From contig OZ252098.1 in the NCBI GenBank assembly GCA_965248355.1, positions 2,528,001 through 2,592,000 on the forward strand: a DNA stretch of 64,000 nt, given 5' to 3'. The translations under genes were made by a program, and so were the position numbers. Source of the DNA: Candidatus Latescibacterota bacterium. GTDB lineage: Bacteria; Latescibacterota; UBA2968; UBA8231. The number at the start of each line of letters is the position of its first letter. The first letter of the stretch is position 1. The notes beneath the pieces were generated by a model, which saw only the letters and a program-made list of their open reading frames with translations, had not been told where the DNA came from and made no database searches. Positions 28,746 through 38,376 of this stretch are shown here, piece after piece.

Positions 28746-30277
28746 GCGGCGGCGGTGCGGGCGTCGAGGAGCTGCTTCATGCCCACTGACGCCATCAGGA
28801 TCACTTCCCAGGTGATGGAGTCGGCCACGAGGTCGTCCACGCCGTGCCCCGAAGGAGGCCGGTAGCGCACCATTCCCCCCCACAGGACGTCGTCCCGCAG
28901 GCTCTGCACGTAGACGGCGATTATCAACGTCAATTCAAACTCCTCCACTCGCCAGATCAGCCGCCACTCCGGGGGTTCGGTAGCCGCCAGGACCCCGGCC
29001 GTCTGCAGCTTCTTCTTCAGGTAGGTGTCGATCAAGTGCGTGGAGAGGGGACCGAGCCATGGCCCGCCCGTTTCGGGATCGATCCCCGGGTCCAGGTCCT
29101 CCACCAGAAGGCGCAGCGCCGCGGGACCTCCAGGCGGCACGGGGGCGTGCTCGAAGACCGATGTCCGCACCAGCTCCGGCTCCCAGGAGACGGGCTCCGG
29201 AACCTCGAACGGGTCCGCCGTCAGGCCCGTGTTCAACTCCGTGTGCCAGCGGTAGCGGGTGATCAAGGGGTCCCCGCAGTGAGGGTGAACGCGAACCCAG
29301 ACCTCGAGGGGGGTCAGCACACCCTGGGTCTCCCGGTACTGCCGGTAGGTGGTCGTGCGGCAGGGCTCCACCTCGGCGTACAGCAGGCCGTCGTCCATGT
29401 CGAAGTAGGCGAGGCGCTGGCGGCCGAACTTCGTGTCGATGACGCGTACCGCCTCCAGGGTCGGGAAATGCAACTGCCGCCGGCCCACGTACTCCACGAC
29501 CACCCCGTCCCCGCGGAACCGCGTCAGGAAGTCCCAGCGCTCGGCGTTGTAGCTCTCGTCCCCGGGGGGCACGAGCAGTCCGTAATACAGGTACCAGCTC
29601 TGCCGGCCGTCGTGGCCGCGCGCCAGCCGGGGCCCGAGGTCCAGGCGGTAGCGCTGGCCGCGCAGGTAGGAGCGCACCCCGGACGGCACCCAGACCTGGC
29701 GTTCACCGTCCCACGTCTCGACCTGGATCCTCTTGTCCCGGATCGCCTGCAGCCGCTCGAGCCCCCCCATGGCCTCGATGGCGCGGGCGATGATCTCCCG
29801 GGCCCGGTTGCGCCGGCGGCCGGCCTCGGAGGTGATGTCCGCCAGCGGCAGCACCCGGATGCGGCGCCCCTGCAGCTCCACGAGCTTGCGGCGGTAGAGG
29901 TCGGTGAGGGCGCTCTCGTAGGAGACGGTGTCCACCGGCAGGAAAGCGGGACCCGGCCCGTCCTCGGCCTCCAGGGCCGGCTCGGGCGCGAGGCTCTCCA
30001 GGGCCACCTCCGGCGGCGCCACCGCCACCTCGGGCAGCTCTTCCATCAACTCGGCCAGCCGCAGCTGTTCCATCACCACTTCGGGCACCGTGGCGGGCGG
30101 CGCCGGCTCGAAGCGTTCCGGCTCGAGGGCCGGGGCCAGCTCGAAGCGCTCGGGCCGCAGCGCCCGAAGCACGGGCTCGGCCGCCCAGCGCTGATAGGCC
30201 CAGAGGAAGAGCATGTGCACCGCCAGCGAGGCCAGCAGGCATAGCAGCACGCGGCGGTTGCGGAGGGAGCGGATCAT
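28697..30277 (-). CDS. Membrane-anchored periplasmic protein, paralog A (TonB-like anchor, Pro/Glu linker, possible LolA-like domain)
   Basis: LASLAVH transmembrane helix; AREIIARAIEAMGGLERLQAI motif; close paralog of 30342-32012. Confidence 0.75.
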   Translation of the reverse strand: MIRSLRNRRVLLCLLASLAVHMLFLWAYQRWAAEPVLRALRPERFELAPALEPERFEPAPPATVPEVVMEQLRLAELMEELPEVAVAPPEVALESLAPEPALEAEDGPGPAFLPVDTVSYESALTDLYRRKLVELQGRRIRVLPLADITSEAGRRRNRAREIIARAIEAMGGLERLQAIRDKRIQVETWDGERQVWVPSGVRSYLRGQRYRLDLGPRLARGHDGRQSWYLYYGLLVPPGDESYNAERWDFLTRFRGDGVVVEYVGRRQLHFPTLEAVRVIDTKFGRQRLAYFDMDDGLLYAEVEPCRTTTYRQYRETQGVLTPLEVWVRVHPHCGDPLITRYRWHTELNTGLTADPFEVPEPVSWEPELVRTSVFEHAPVPPGGPAALRLLVEDLDPGIDPETGGPWLGPLSTHLIDTYLKKKLQTAGVLAATEPPEWRLIWRVEEFELTLIIAVYVQSLRDDVLWGGMVRYRPPSGHGVDDLVADSITWEVILMASVGMKQLLDARTAAAQPGATPSAGSSSGSE

Positions 30278-30341
30278 ACGCATCCGGCCGGTTGCCGGCC
30301 CTTCCCGGCAGCAGCGGCGGCGACGGTGGCGGCCACGTGAT

Positions 30342-32012
30342 CTACTCGCTGCCGGAACTGCTGCCGGCGCTCGGAGTCGAGGCCGGCTGAGCGGCGGCCG
30401 CACGGGCGTCGAGGAGCTGCTTTATGCCCACCGAGGCCCGCGAGATCCCCTGGAAGGTCAGGTAATCGGCCATCTCGTCGTCGATGGGCGGGTGCCTGAG
30501 AACCTCCCAGCGATGCCGCACCTCACCCTCCCACAGGCCTTCGTCCGTCAGGCTCTGCACTCGCACGTCGATTCTGATCGTGGCCATCACCGGCGGGCCC
30601 CCACCCGGCGGCGTCACTACCCGGAACTCCTCCACCCGCCAGGTCAGCCGCCACTCCGGGGGATCGGTGCCTGCCAGGACGCCGGCCGCCTGCAGCTTCC
30701 TCTTCATGTAGGTGTCAATCAGGTGCATTTCCATGGATTCGAGCCACGGGCGGGGTTCGGGTCGCCATCCCCGGGTCGCAGTCAGGTCCTCGAGTCGGGC
30801 TCCTCGCCGCACTCTCGGTTGCTCAAGCGGATCGTCCTGCGGGCGGGGCGCCTGGGTAAGGTCCTCCACCTGAAGGCGCAGCGCGGCGGGACCTCCCGGC
30901 GGCACGGGAGCGTGCTCGAAGACCACGATCCGCACCGACTCCGGCTCCCAGGAGATTTGCTCCGGCACCTCGAACCGGTCCGGCGTCAGGCCCGTGTTCA
31001 GCTCCGTGTGCCAGCGGTACCCGCCGCCGGTCTCGAAGGGCGTCAGCACCCCCTGCGTCTCCCGGTACTCCTTGTACACGGTCGTGCGGCCGGACTCCAC
31101 CTCGGCATGCAGCAGGCTGTCGCCGACATCGAAATAGGCGAGCCGCTGGCGGCCGAACTTCGTGTCGATGACGCGCACCGCCTCCAGGGTGCGGAACCGC
31201 ATCTGCCGCCGGCCCACGTACTCCACGATCACGCCGTCGCCGCGGAACCGCGACAGGAAGTCCCAGCGCTCGGCGTTGTGCCTCTCGTCCCGGGGGGGCA
31301 GGAGCAGTCCGTACCGCAGGTACCAGCTCTGCCGGCCGTCGTACCCGCGGGCCTCGCCGGGACCGATGTCCAGGCGGTAGCGCTGGCCGCGCAGGTACGA
31401 GCGCACGGCGCCTGGCTCCCAGATCCGGCGCCGGGCGTTCCACCACTCGACCTCGATCCTCTTGTCCCGGATCGCCTGCAGCCGCTCGAGCCCGCCCATG
31501 GCCTCGATGGCTCGGGCGATGATCTCCCGGGCCCGGGTGCGCCGGCGCCCGGCCTCGGAGGTGGTGTCGGCCAGGGGCAGCACCCGGATGCGGCGCCCGT
31601 GCAGCTCCACGAGCTTGCGGCGGTAGAGGTCGGTGAGAGCGCTGTCGTAGGAGAGTGTGTCCCCCGGCAGGATGGCGGGTCCGAGCCGGGGATCGGCCTC
31701 CAGGCCCGGCTCCGGCGCGAGGCCCTCCACGGCCATCGATGGCGCCGCCACCGCGTCCTCGGGCAGGGCCGCCTCCACCATCATCTCGGCCAGGCGGAGC
31801 TGCTCCATCACCACTTCGGGCACCGTGGCGGGCGGCGCCGGCTCGAAGCGTTCCGGCTCGAGGGCCGGGGCCAGCTCGAAGCGCTCGGGCCGCAGCGCCC
31901 GAAGCACGGGCTCGGCCGCCCACCGCTGGTAGGCCCAGAGGAAGAGCATGTGCACCGCCAGCGAGGCCAGCAGGCACAGCAGCACGCGGCGGTTGCGGAG
32001 GGAGCGGCGCAT
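30342..32012 (-). CDS. Membrane-anchored periplasmic protein, paralog B
   Basis: Same architecture and long near-identical blocks shared with paralog A. Confidence 0.75.
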   Translation of the reverse strand: MRRSLRNRRVLLCLLASLAVHMLFLWAYQRWAAEPVLRALRPERFELAPALEPERFEPAPPATVPEVVMEQLRLAEMMVEAALPEDAVAAPSMAVEGLAPEPGLEADPRLGPAILPGDTLSYDSALTDLYRRKLVELHGRRIRVLPLADTTSEAGRRRTRAREIIARAIEAMGGLERLQAIRDKRIEVEWWNARRRIWEPGAVRSYLRGQRYRLDIGPGEARGYDGRQSWYLRYGLLLPPRDERHNAERWDFLSRFRGDGVIVEYVGRRQMRFRTLEAVRVIDTKFGRQRLAYFDVGDSLLHAEVESGRTTVYKEYRETQGVLTPFETGGGYRWHTELNTGLTPDRFEVPEQISWEPESVRIVVFEHAPVPPGGPAALRLQVEDLTQAPRPQDDPLEQPRVRRGARLEDLTATRGWRPEPRPWLESMEMHLIDTYMKRKLQAAGVLAGTDPPEWRLTWRVEEFRVVTPPGGGPPVMATIRIDVRVQSLTDEGLWEGEVRHRWEVLRHPPIDDEMADYLTFQGISRASVGIKQLLDARAAAAQPASTPSAGSSSGSE

Positions 32013-32194
32013 TGAAGTCTTCGAGCTGGCCCGCTGGAGTCCGTGGGAAGGCACGGAACCGCGGCGTCGATACGCCGCCGCCTCGTGCCCTTCGAGGGCC
32101 GGCCTTGCCTTCTATATGTAAGGCGCCCCGTCCTTGCCCGCCCGTCTCGCCCCTCCTACCTTCGCCCTTCCACCCCAACGCCTTCCGGCCGGTG

Positions 32195-33358
32195 ATGGCC
32201 CTTCCGAACAGTTTCGAATTCCGCTCTCCGACCCGCGTCGTCCACGGGGCCGGCTCGGTCGCCCGCGTGCCCGAGCTTCTTCCCGAGGGGCAGAAGGTCC
32301 TCGTCGTCTCCGACCGGGGTCTGGAGCAGGCCGGCGTGGTCGAGCGCGTCACCTCCACCCTCGACGGCGCCGGCGTCGCCTGGGCCCTGTTCACCGACGT
32401 CACCGCCAATCCCGTGGCCCGCAACGTCTCCTCCGGTGCCCGTCTCTACGAGCGCGAGGGCTGCGGGGCCCTCCTCGGCGTCGGCGGCGGCTCTCCCATG
32501 GACGTGGCCAAGATGATCGGCGTCGTCGTGCGCCACGGCGGCCGCATCGGCAGCTACCTCGGCTACCAGGACAAGGTCACCCTGGACCTGCCGCCCCTGG
32601 TCTGCGCGGCCACCACCTACGGCACCGGCAGCGAGGTGACTCCCTTCGCCGTGCTCACCCACCCGCGCACGCGCAACAAGGAGCCCGTCATCAGCTGGCG
32701 CATCGCGCCGCAGGCCGCCGTCCTCGACCCCGAGCTGGCCGTGGCCCTGCCGGCCTCGGTGGGCGGCCCCACGGGAATGGACGCCCTGACCCACGCCCTC
32801 GAGTCCTATACCAACCTGATGTCCACGCCCTTCACGGAGGGCCTCGCCCTGGGCGCCATCGAGCTGATCGGCGGCAACCTGCGACGGGCCTGCGCCAACG
32901 ACCACGAGCTGGAGGCCACCGGCCACATGCTGATCGCCAGCTGCCTGGCGGGCCTGGCCTTCTCCCAGACGCGCCTCGGCAACGTGCACGCCATGTCCCA
33001 TCCCGTGGGCGCCCGGCACGGAGTTCACCACGGCCTGGCCAATGCCGTGATCCTGCCCCACGTGATGGAGTACAACCTGCAGGCCCGGATCCCCGAGTTC
33101 GCCGCCGTCGCCGCCGCCCTCGGCGAGGATACCGACGGCCACGGCGACTACGAAGCCGCCTGCCTGGCGGTGGAGGCGGTGCGCCGGCTCAACGAGGACC
33201 TCGGCATCCCCGAGCACCTGTGCGACGCCGGCGTCGAGGATCCGGACATCGAGGGCCTGGCGACGGCCGCCATGCGCAGCGGCAACGTCCAGGTGAACCC
33301 GCGCAAGACGACCTTGCCCGAGATGGAAGACCTTTTCCGAAAGGCCTGCGGACCGTGA
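32195..33358 (+). CDS. Iron-containing alcohol dehydrogenase
   Basis: GGGSPMDVAK, TTYGTGSE, DALTHALE, HAMSH, HHGLANA. Confidence 0.93.
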   Translation: MALPNSFEFRSPTRVVHGAGSVARVPELLPEGQKVLVVSDRGLEQAGVVERVTSTLDGAGVAWALFTDVTANPVARNVSSGARLYEREGCGALLGVGGGSPMDVAKMIGVVVRHGGRIGSYLGYQDKVTLDLPPLVCAATTYGTGSEVTPFAVLTHPRTRNKEPVISWRIAPQAAVLDPELAVALPASVGGPTGMDALTHALESYTNLMSTPFTEGLALGAIELIGGNLRRACANDHELEATGHMLIASCLAGLAFSQTRLGNVHAMSHPVGARHGVHHGLANAVILPHVMEYNLQARIPEFAAVAAALGEDTDGHGDYEAACLAVEAVRRLNEDLGIPEHLCDAGVEDPDIEGLATAAMRSGNVQVNPRKTTLPEMEDLFRKACGP

Positions 33359-33371
33359 ACAAGGAGGAACC

Positions 33372-34628
33372 ATGCCATTCCCCAGGATGATGAAGGTGCG
33401 CCAGCACTTCGAGGCGCCGGAGATCGAGGACATCCCCGGCACCGTGAAGGAGCGCATCGAAGCGCTGAACCTGTCCCGCAAGGTCGCCAGGGGCGACTCG
33501 GTGGCCGTCACCGTGGGCAGCCGCGGCATCAACAACATCGCCGTCATCACCCGGGCGGCGGTGGAGGCCCTGAAGGACCTCGGCGCCGAGCCCTTCATCG
33601 TGCCGGCCATGGGCAGCCACGGCGGCGGCACGGCCGAGGGCCAGCGCGAGATCGTCGAGAGCTACGGGGTGACGGAGGAGTTCGTGGGCTGCCCGATCCG
33701 CTCGACCATGGAGGTCGTCCAGCTCGGCACCGTCGAGGGCGAGGTGCCCGTCTACTTCGACAAGTTCGCCAGCGAGGCCGACCACGTGGTCGTCGCCGGC
33801 CGCGTCAAGCCCCACACCGGGTTCGTGGGCGAGATCGAGTCGGGGCTGCACAAGATGATGCTCATCGGCCTGGGCAAGCACCGGGGCGCCGCCGTCTACC
33901 ACCAGGCGATCGTCCAGTACTCCTTCGACCGCATCATCCGCGCCGTGGGCCAGCAGGTGATCGACAAGGGCCGGGTCCTCTTCGGGCTGGCCATGGTCGA
34001 GAACCAGTACGACCAGACGGCCGAGATCGACGCCGTGCCCCCCGAGCGCTTCGTCGAGCGCGAGAAGGAGCTGCTCCTGCTGGCCAGGCAGTGGATGCCG
34101 CGCCTGCCCTTCGACCAGATCGACCTGCTGGTGGTCGACCGGATGGGCAAGAACATCTCCGGCTCCGGCATGGACACCAACGTCGTGGGCCGCAAGTACT
34201 ACGACCATTGCGCCGCGGCCAAGGAGTTCCCCAAGGTGACGCGCATCTTCGTCCGCGGCCTGACCCCGGAGACCCACGGCAACGCCGCCGGCATCGGCAT
34301 GGCCGAGTACTGCCACCAGCGTCTCGTGGACGCCATGGACGTGAACGCCACGGTCATCAACTGCATGACGGGGAACGCGCCCTCCGGCGCCGCCGTGCCC
34401 GTGCACTTCCCCACCGACCGCGAGTGCCTGGAGCAGGCCCTGTCCACGGTGGGATTCGTGGAGCCTGAGAAGGCCCGCGTCCTGCGGGTCCGCGACACCC
34501 TGCACCTGGGCGAGCTGCTGGTCTCCGAGGCCTGCGCCAGGGAGGTGGCGGCGCGCGCCGACCTGTCCGTGCTGGAAGGACCCGCGGACATGACCTTTGA
34601 CGAGAGGGACGATCTACTGGAATGGTGA
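33372..34628 (+). CDS. LarA-like (lactate racemase domain / DUF2088) protein
   Basis: GSRGI, PAMGSHGGGTAEGQ, RVKPHT, ESGLHKM, GKNISGSGMDTN. Confidence 0.8.
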   Translation: MPFPRMMKVRQHFEAPEIEDIPGTVKERIEALNLSRKVARGDSVAVTVGSRGINNIAVITRAAVEALKDLGAEPFIVPAMGSHGGGTAEGQREIVESYGVTEEFVGCPIRSTMEVVQLGTVEGEVPVYFDKFASEADHVVVAGRVKPHTGFVGEIESGLHKMMLIGLGKHRGAAVYHQAIVQYSFDRIIRAVGQQVIDKGRVLFGLAMVENQYDQTAEIDAVPPERFVEREKELLLLARQWMPRLPFDQIDLLVVDRMGKNISGSGMDTNVVGRKYYDHCAAAKEFPKVTRIFVRGLTPETHGNAAGIGMAEYCHQRLVDAMDVNATVINCMTGNAPSGAAVPVHFPTDRECLEQALSTVGFVEPEKARVLRVRDTLHLGELLVSEACAREVAARADLSVLEGPADMTFDERDDLLEW

Positions 34629-35767
34629 GCCCCGGCGAGTACATCGGCATGCCCGTCGTCGAGATCGACACCCCCGCCCTGCTGGTCGATCTCGACGACC
34701 TGGAGTTCAACATCAGGAAGCTCGCCGGCCACTTCGAGGCCGCGGGCAAGCATCTGCGGCCGCACACGAAGTCGCACAAGACCCCGGCCATCGCCCACAT
34801 GCAACTTCAGGCCGGCGCCATCGGCGTCACCTGCGCCAAGGTCGGCGAGGCCGAGGTCATGGCCGAGGCCGGCATCGACGACGTGCTGGTGGCCAACGAG
34901 GTCGTGGGCCGCCGCAAGGTCGAGCGCCTCATGACTCTGGCCCGCCGCTGCGACATCATGGCCGCCGTCGACCACCCCGACAACCTGGCCGACCTCGACG
35001 AGGCCGCCGGCGCCGCCGGGGTCTCGCCGCGAGTCCTGGTGGAGGTCAACATCGGCCACAACCGCTGCGGCGTGCTGTCCAGCTCCGACGAGGCCCTGGA
35101 GCTGTGCCGCGCCGCCCACCGCGCCGAGCACCTGCGCTTCGCCGGCCTCATGGGATACCAGGGTCACATCGTCGCCCTGGAGGACGCCGAGGAGCGCGAG
35201 ACCGGCGCCCGCGAGTGCCTGCAGCGGCTCTCCGACTGCGCCGGCCGGGCGCGGGCCGACGGCCTGTCGCTGGAGATCGTGAGCACCTCGGCCACCGGCG
35301 ACTATTACGTGAGCACCACCTACGACGCCGTCACCGAGGTGCAGGCCGGCTCCTACGCGCTCATGGACGCCGCCTACGGCCGCCTCGGCCTCGGGTTCCG
35401 CAACGCCCTGACCGTGCTCACCACGGTCACCAGCCGGCCCACCCCCGAGCAGGTGATCACCGACGCCGGCCTGAAGGCGGTGACCCCCGAGCACGGCCTC
35501 CCCCTCGTCAAGCTGCCCTCGCGCGATGGCGTGGAGGTCGGCTGGGACCCCCAGGGGCTGCGCCACCTGGAGTGCGAGTCCCTGTCGGAGGAACACGGCC
35601 GCCTGCGCGCCAAGGGAGGGCCCTGCCAGTTGGAGTCCGGCGACGTGATCGAGTTCATCCCCGGCCACGGCTGCACCACCGTGAACCTCTACGACGACCT
35701 CTACGCCGTGCGCGGCGGCCGGCTCGAGGCCGTGTGGCCCGTCGCCGCCCGCGGAAAGGTGCGCTGA
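34622..35767 (+). CDS. DSD1-family fold-type III PLP enzyme (D-serine dehydratase / D-threonine aldolase-like)
   Basis: DTPAL, RPHTKSHK, GYQGH, EVQAGSY, SEEHG, PGHGCTTVN. Confidence 0.9.
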   Translation: MVSPGEYIGMPVVEIDTPALLVDLDDLEFNIRKLAGHFEAAGKHLRPHTKSHKTPAIAHMQLQAGAIGVTCAKVGEAEVMAEAGIDDVLVANEVVGRRKVERLMTLARRCDIMAAVDHPDNLADLDEAAGAAGVSPRVLVEVNIGHNRCGVLSSSDEALELCRAAHRAEHLRFAGLMGYQGHIVALEDAEERETGARECLQRLSDCAGRARADGLSLEIVSTSATGDYYVSTTYDAVTEVQAGSYALMDAAYGRLGLGFRNALTVLTTVTSRPTPEQVITDAGLKAVTPEHGLPLVKLPSRDGVEVGWDPQGLRHLECESLSEEHGRLRAKGGPCQLESGDVIEFIPGHGCTTVNLYDDLYAVRGGRLEAVWPVAARGKVR

Positions 35768-35769
35768 CC

Positions 35770-36888
35770 ATGGCCGCCGTGAAGGCCGCCGTCATGACCG
35801 GCCCCGGGGCGATGGAGATGCGCGAGTTCCCGCGGCCGGCCATCGGCGCCGACGAGATCCTGCTGAAGGTGGAGCGCACCGGCATCTGCGGCTCCGACAA
35901 GCACATGTACGCCGGCCACATGCCGCTGCAGTTCCCCGTCGTCCCCGGCCACGAGCTGGTGGGCGTCATCGAGGAGCTGGGGCCCCGGGCGGCCGACGAG
36001 ATGGCCGTCATCGGCGGCCCCGTCGCCGAGGGCGACCTCGTCACCACCACCCCCAGCTCCCAGGCCTGCGGCCGCTGCTGGTACTGCCTGCACCAGCCCC
36101 AGCGCCCGGCCCTGTGCGCCAACCGCTACGTCCACGGCTTCGTCTCCAGCGACGTGGCCCCGGCGCCGCGGGGCGGCTTCGCCGAGTACATGCACCTGAC
36201 CCGGCGCTCGTGGATCTTCAGGATCCCCGAGGGCCTCTCCGCCGAGATGGCCGTGCTCACCGAGCCCGCCGCCGTGGCCACCCGCGCCGTGGAGCGCGCC
36301 CTGGCGCCGGGGATCCCCCATATCTCCGAAGGTCTGGGCATGGACAAGTCGGTCATCGTCCTCGGCGCCGGCCCCATCGGCCAGCTCGTCATCGCCGCCC
36401 TCGCCCACGTCGGCACCGACTGCATCATCGCCTCCGACCTGAGCCCGTCGCGGCTGACCCTGGCCGAGGCCATGGGCGCCCACCACACGATCGCCGCCGA
36501 CGCCTCCCTCGACGAGCGCCTGGAGCAGGTGAAGGAACTCACCCACGGCGTCGGTCCCGACGTGGTCATCGAGACCGCTGGCGTGCCCGTGGTCTTCAAG
36601 GAGTCCCTCGACTTCGTGCGCCGCGGCGGCATCGTCGTCGAGGTGGGCCACTTCACCGACCCCGGCGGCGTCGAGATCCGCCCGAACCTGGTCTGCTTCA
36701 AGGACCTCGACATCCGCGGCATGTGGGCCTACCCGGCCATGCAGTTCAAGACCGCCCTCTCCTTCCTCAGGAGCACCGGCGCGCCCCTGGACCGCTTCAT
36801 CACCCACACCCTGGGCCTGGACGAGACCGAGAAGGGCATCGAGGTGACGGGCAGCGAGGGCTCGATGAAGGTGGTGGTGGTTCCGTAG
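35770..36888 (+). CDS. Zinc-binding (MDR) alcohol/polyol dehydrogenase
   Basis: GICGSD, GHE, CGRCWYC...C, GAGPIG. Confidence 0.92.
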   Translation: MAAVKAAVMTGPGAMEMREFPRPAIGADEILLKVERTGICGSDKHMYAGHMPLQFPVVPGHELVGVIEELGPRAADEMAVIGGPVAEGDLVTTTPSSQACGRCWYCLHQPQRPALCANRYVHGFVSSDVAPAPRGGFAEYMHLTRRSWIFRIPEGLSAEMAVLTEPAAVATRAVERALAPGIPHISEGLGMDKSVIVLGAGPIGQLVIAALAHVGTDCIIASDLSPSRLTLAEAMGAHHTIAADASLDERLEQVKELTHGVGPDVVIETAGVPVVFKESLDFVRRGGIVVEVGHFTDPGGVEIRPNLVCFKDLDIRGMWAYPAMQFKTALSFLRSTGAPLDRFITHTLGLDETEKGIEVTGSEGSMKVVVVP

Positions 36889-36950
36889 TTCGGCAGGCCC
36901 CCGCATGACTTCCTGTAACTGACTGTCTGACAATAGGTCCCATCGAGTCC

Positions 36951-36970
36951 ATGAAGGTGGTGGTGGTTCC
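36951..36970 (+). repeat. Perfect 20-bp copy of the dehydrogenase 3' end
   Basis: ATGAAGGTGGTGGTGGTTCC, identical to 36865-36884. Confidence 0.9.
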
Positions 36971-37291
36971 ACCTTGGTTCTGTCTCACGGGAGTCACCGG
37001 CCCTTAGCATCTCAACAATGGAGTATTCGTAGGGCTCCTTCCGCAGGAACCCCGTCAACGGGGATTTGGAGGGGTCTCAGCGTGATTCGGCGGCTCCGGA
37101 GCCTCTCTCCGCCCTCAGCGCTGCAGAGTACTTCTTGCGCCTTGCTGGGAAGCCAGGGCTCGGGAGTCGGGCGAGGTCGAGATCGTGGCGCACGACCACC
37201 GCCGCGACCCGAGGTATTTTCTTCCATGCCGGGCCGCACCAAGGGGAGCGGAGCAGAAAACGGGAAATGCAGAGCGGGAAAGGAGTCTCTC

Positions 37292-37975
37292 ATGACCATC
37301 GAATGGATCACCCCAGCCCTGGTCGTCGCCGTCGGGGTCGCCCTCTGGCGGTTGATCCACGCCGAGATCCGCGATCTACGAGGCCGAGATGCGGACCGAG
37401 ATTCGCAGCCTCAACAGCCGCCTCGACCGACACTTGAAAGGGCATGCGTAGCTGCCCTTCTCATCTGCGCCTCTGCTGCCAGCGCCCAGTATCCAACCCT
37501 CGACTATGCGAAGCTCAGCGGGATCGGCAACCGGATCTCCGAGGCAGCCCCGCCGACCGGGAACCCCCGAGGTTTCATCCAGAACGCCGAGGGCGGCCGG
37601 TGTCAGTACGTCCAAGTGGCGACGGCCGAGACCCAGCCGTCGCACTTTTTCCCGCAGGCGCTCGTCGGCTCCGATACCGTCCTGGCCTTCGACGACCCGA
37701 GCTGCATGGCTGCGGCGGACTCCGTCTTCCTGGAGATCAACCAGCGCCAGATCAACCGGGTGCTCGCCCGGTGGTACTCGCTCCCGGATGCCGACTTCGA
37801 GGTCGAGCCGGCCAAGATGGCGAAGCGGTGCGAGTTTCAGACGCAGGGCGGCTGCCTGCAGTCCCGGAAGTACCCGACGAAGTCGATCCTCGTCGAGTAC
37901 TTCCGCAAGAGCGACGGGATCGCCACCGTGGTTCACACCGAAGGCATCGGGGGATGCAAGGAGAGGGGAGAATGA
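37292..37975 (+). CDS. Hypothetical protein; may be a short TM peptide joined to a secreted Cys-rich protein
   Basis: AGGAG RBS before ATG 37292; internal signal-peptide-like ALLICASAASA. Confidence 0.45.
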   Translation: MTIEWITPALVVAVGVALWRLIHAEIRDLRGRDADRDSQPQQPPRPTLERACVAALLICASAASAQYPTLDYAKLSGIGNRISEAAPPTGNPRGFIQNAEGGRCQYVQVATAETQPSHFFPQALVGSDTVLAFDDPSCMAAADSVFLEINQRQINRVLARWYSLPDADFEVEPAKMAKRCEFQTQGGCLQSRKYPTKSILVEYFRKSDGIATVVHTEGIGGCKERGE

Positions 37976-38208
37976 CAGAAGAGATCAAAGCGGGCGACGT
38001 CGTTGAGCTGCGTAGCGGTGGCCCGCCTATGTCGGTCGAGCTTGTCGAGAGTGGGATCGCCCACTGCGCCTGGATCGACCCGAAGGGCAATGCGAAGCAT
38101 GTGGAGTTTAACGTTGCTGCTCTCAAGGCGGTAGATCCCGAGGCGCGCACGGGAATCGAGTCAGACGATGACGGCTATGAGAGTCCTTTCCGAATGGGAG
38201 GAGACTGA
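37972..38208 (+). CDS. YodC/DUF2158 family small protein
   Basis: KAGDVVELRSGGPPMSV...CAW. Confidence 0.8.
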   Translation: MTEEIKAGDVVELRSGGPPMSVELVESGIAHCAWIDPKGNAKHVEFNVAALKAVDPEARTGIESDDDGYESPFRMGGD

Positions 38209-38213
38209 TGCCA

Positions 38214-38365
38214 ATGTGGACCTCACGGGGATGCAGTCCAGGACGGCCCTCTCCTTTCTCAGGAGCACCCGCGCTGCCCCTGGACCGCTTCATCACCCAC
38301 ACTGGGCCTGGAGGAGACCGAGAAGGGCATCGAGGTGACGGGGGAAGGTGGTGGTGGTGCCATAG
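38214..38365 (+). repeat. Degenerate copy of the last ~165 bp of the Zn dehydrogenase gene
   Basis: Aligns to 36721-36888 (e.g. CTGGACCGCTTCATCACCCACAC, GAGACCGAGAAGGGCATCGAGGTGACGGG) with indels. Confidence 0.88.
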
Positions 38366-38376
38366 TCTTTGCCTGC

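Larger units (their letters stand above)
28696..32012. repeat. Tandem direct duplication of a ~1.6-1.7 kb unit
   Basis: Units start TCTACTCGCTGCCGGA at about 28696 and 30341; near-identical 5' coding regions. Confidence 0.9.

Noticed and set aside
28696..32012. Diversity-generating retroelement template/variable repeat pair
   Set aside because: The repeat spans whole genes, the differences are not adenine-specific, and no reverse transcriptase is present.
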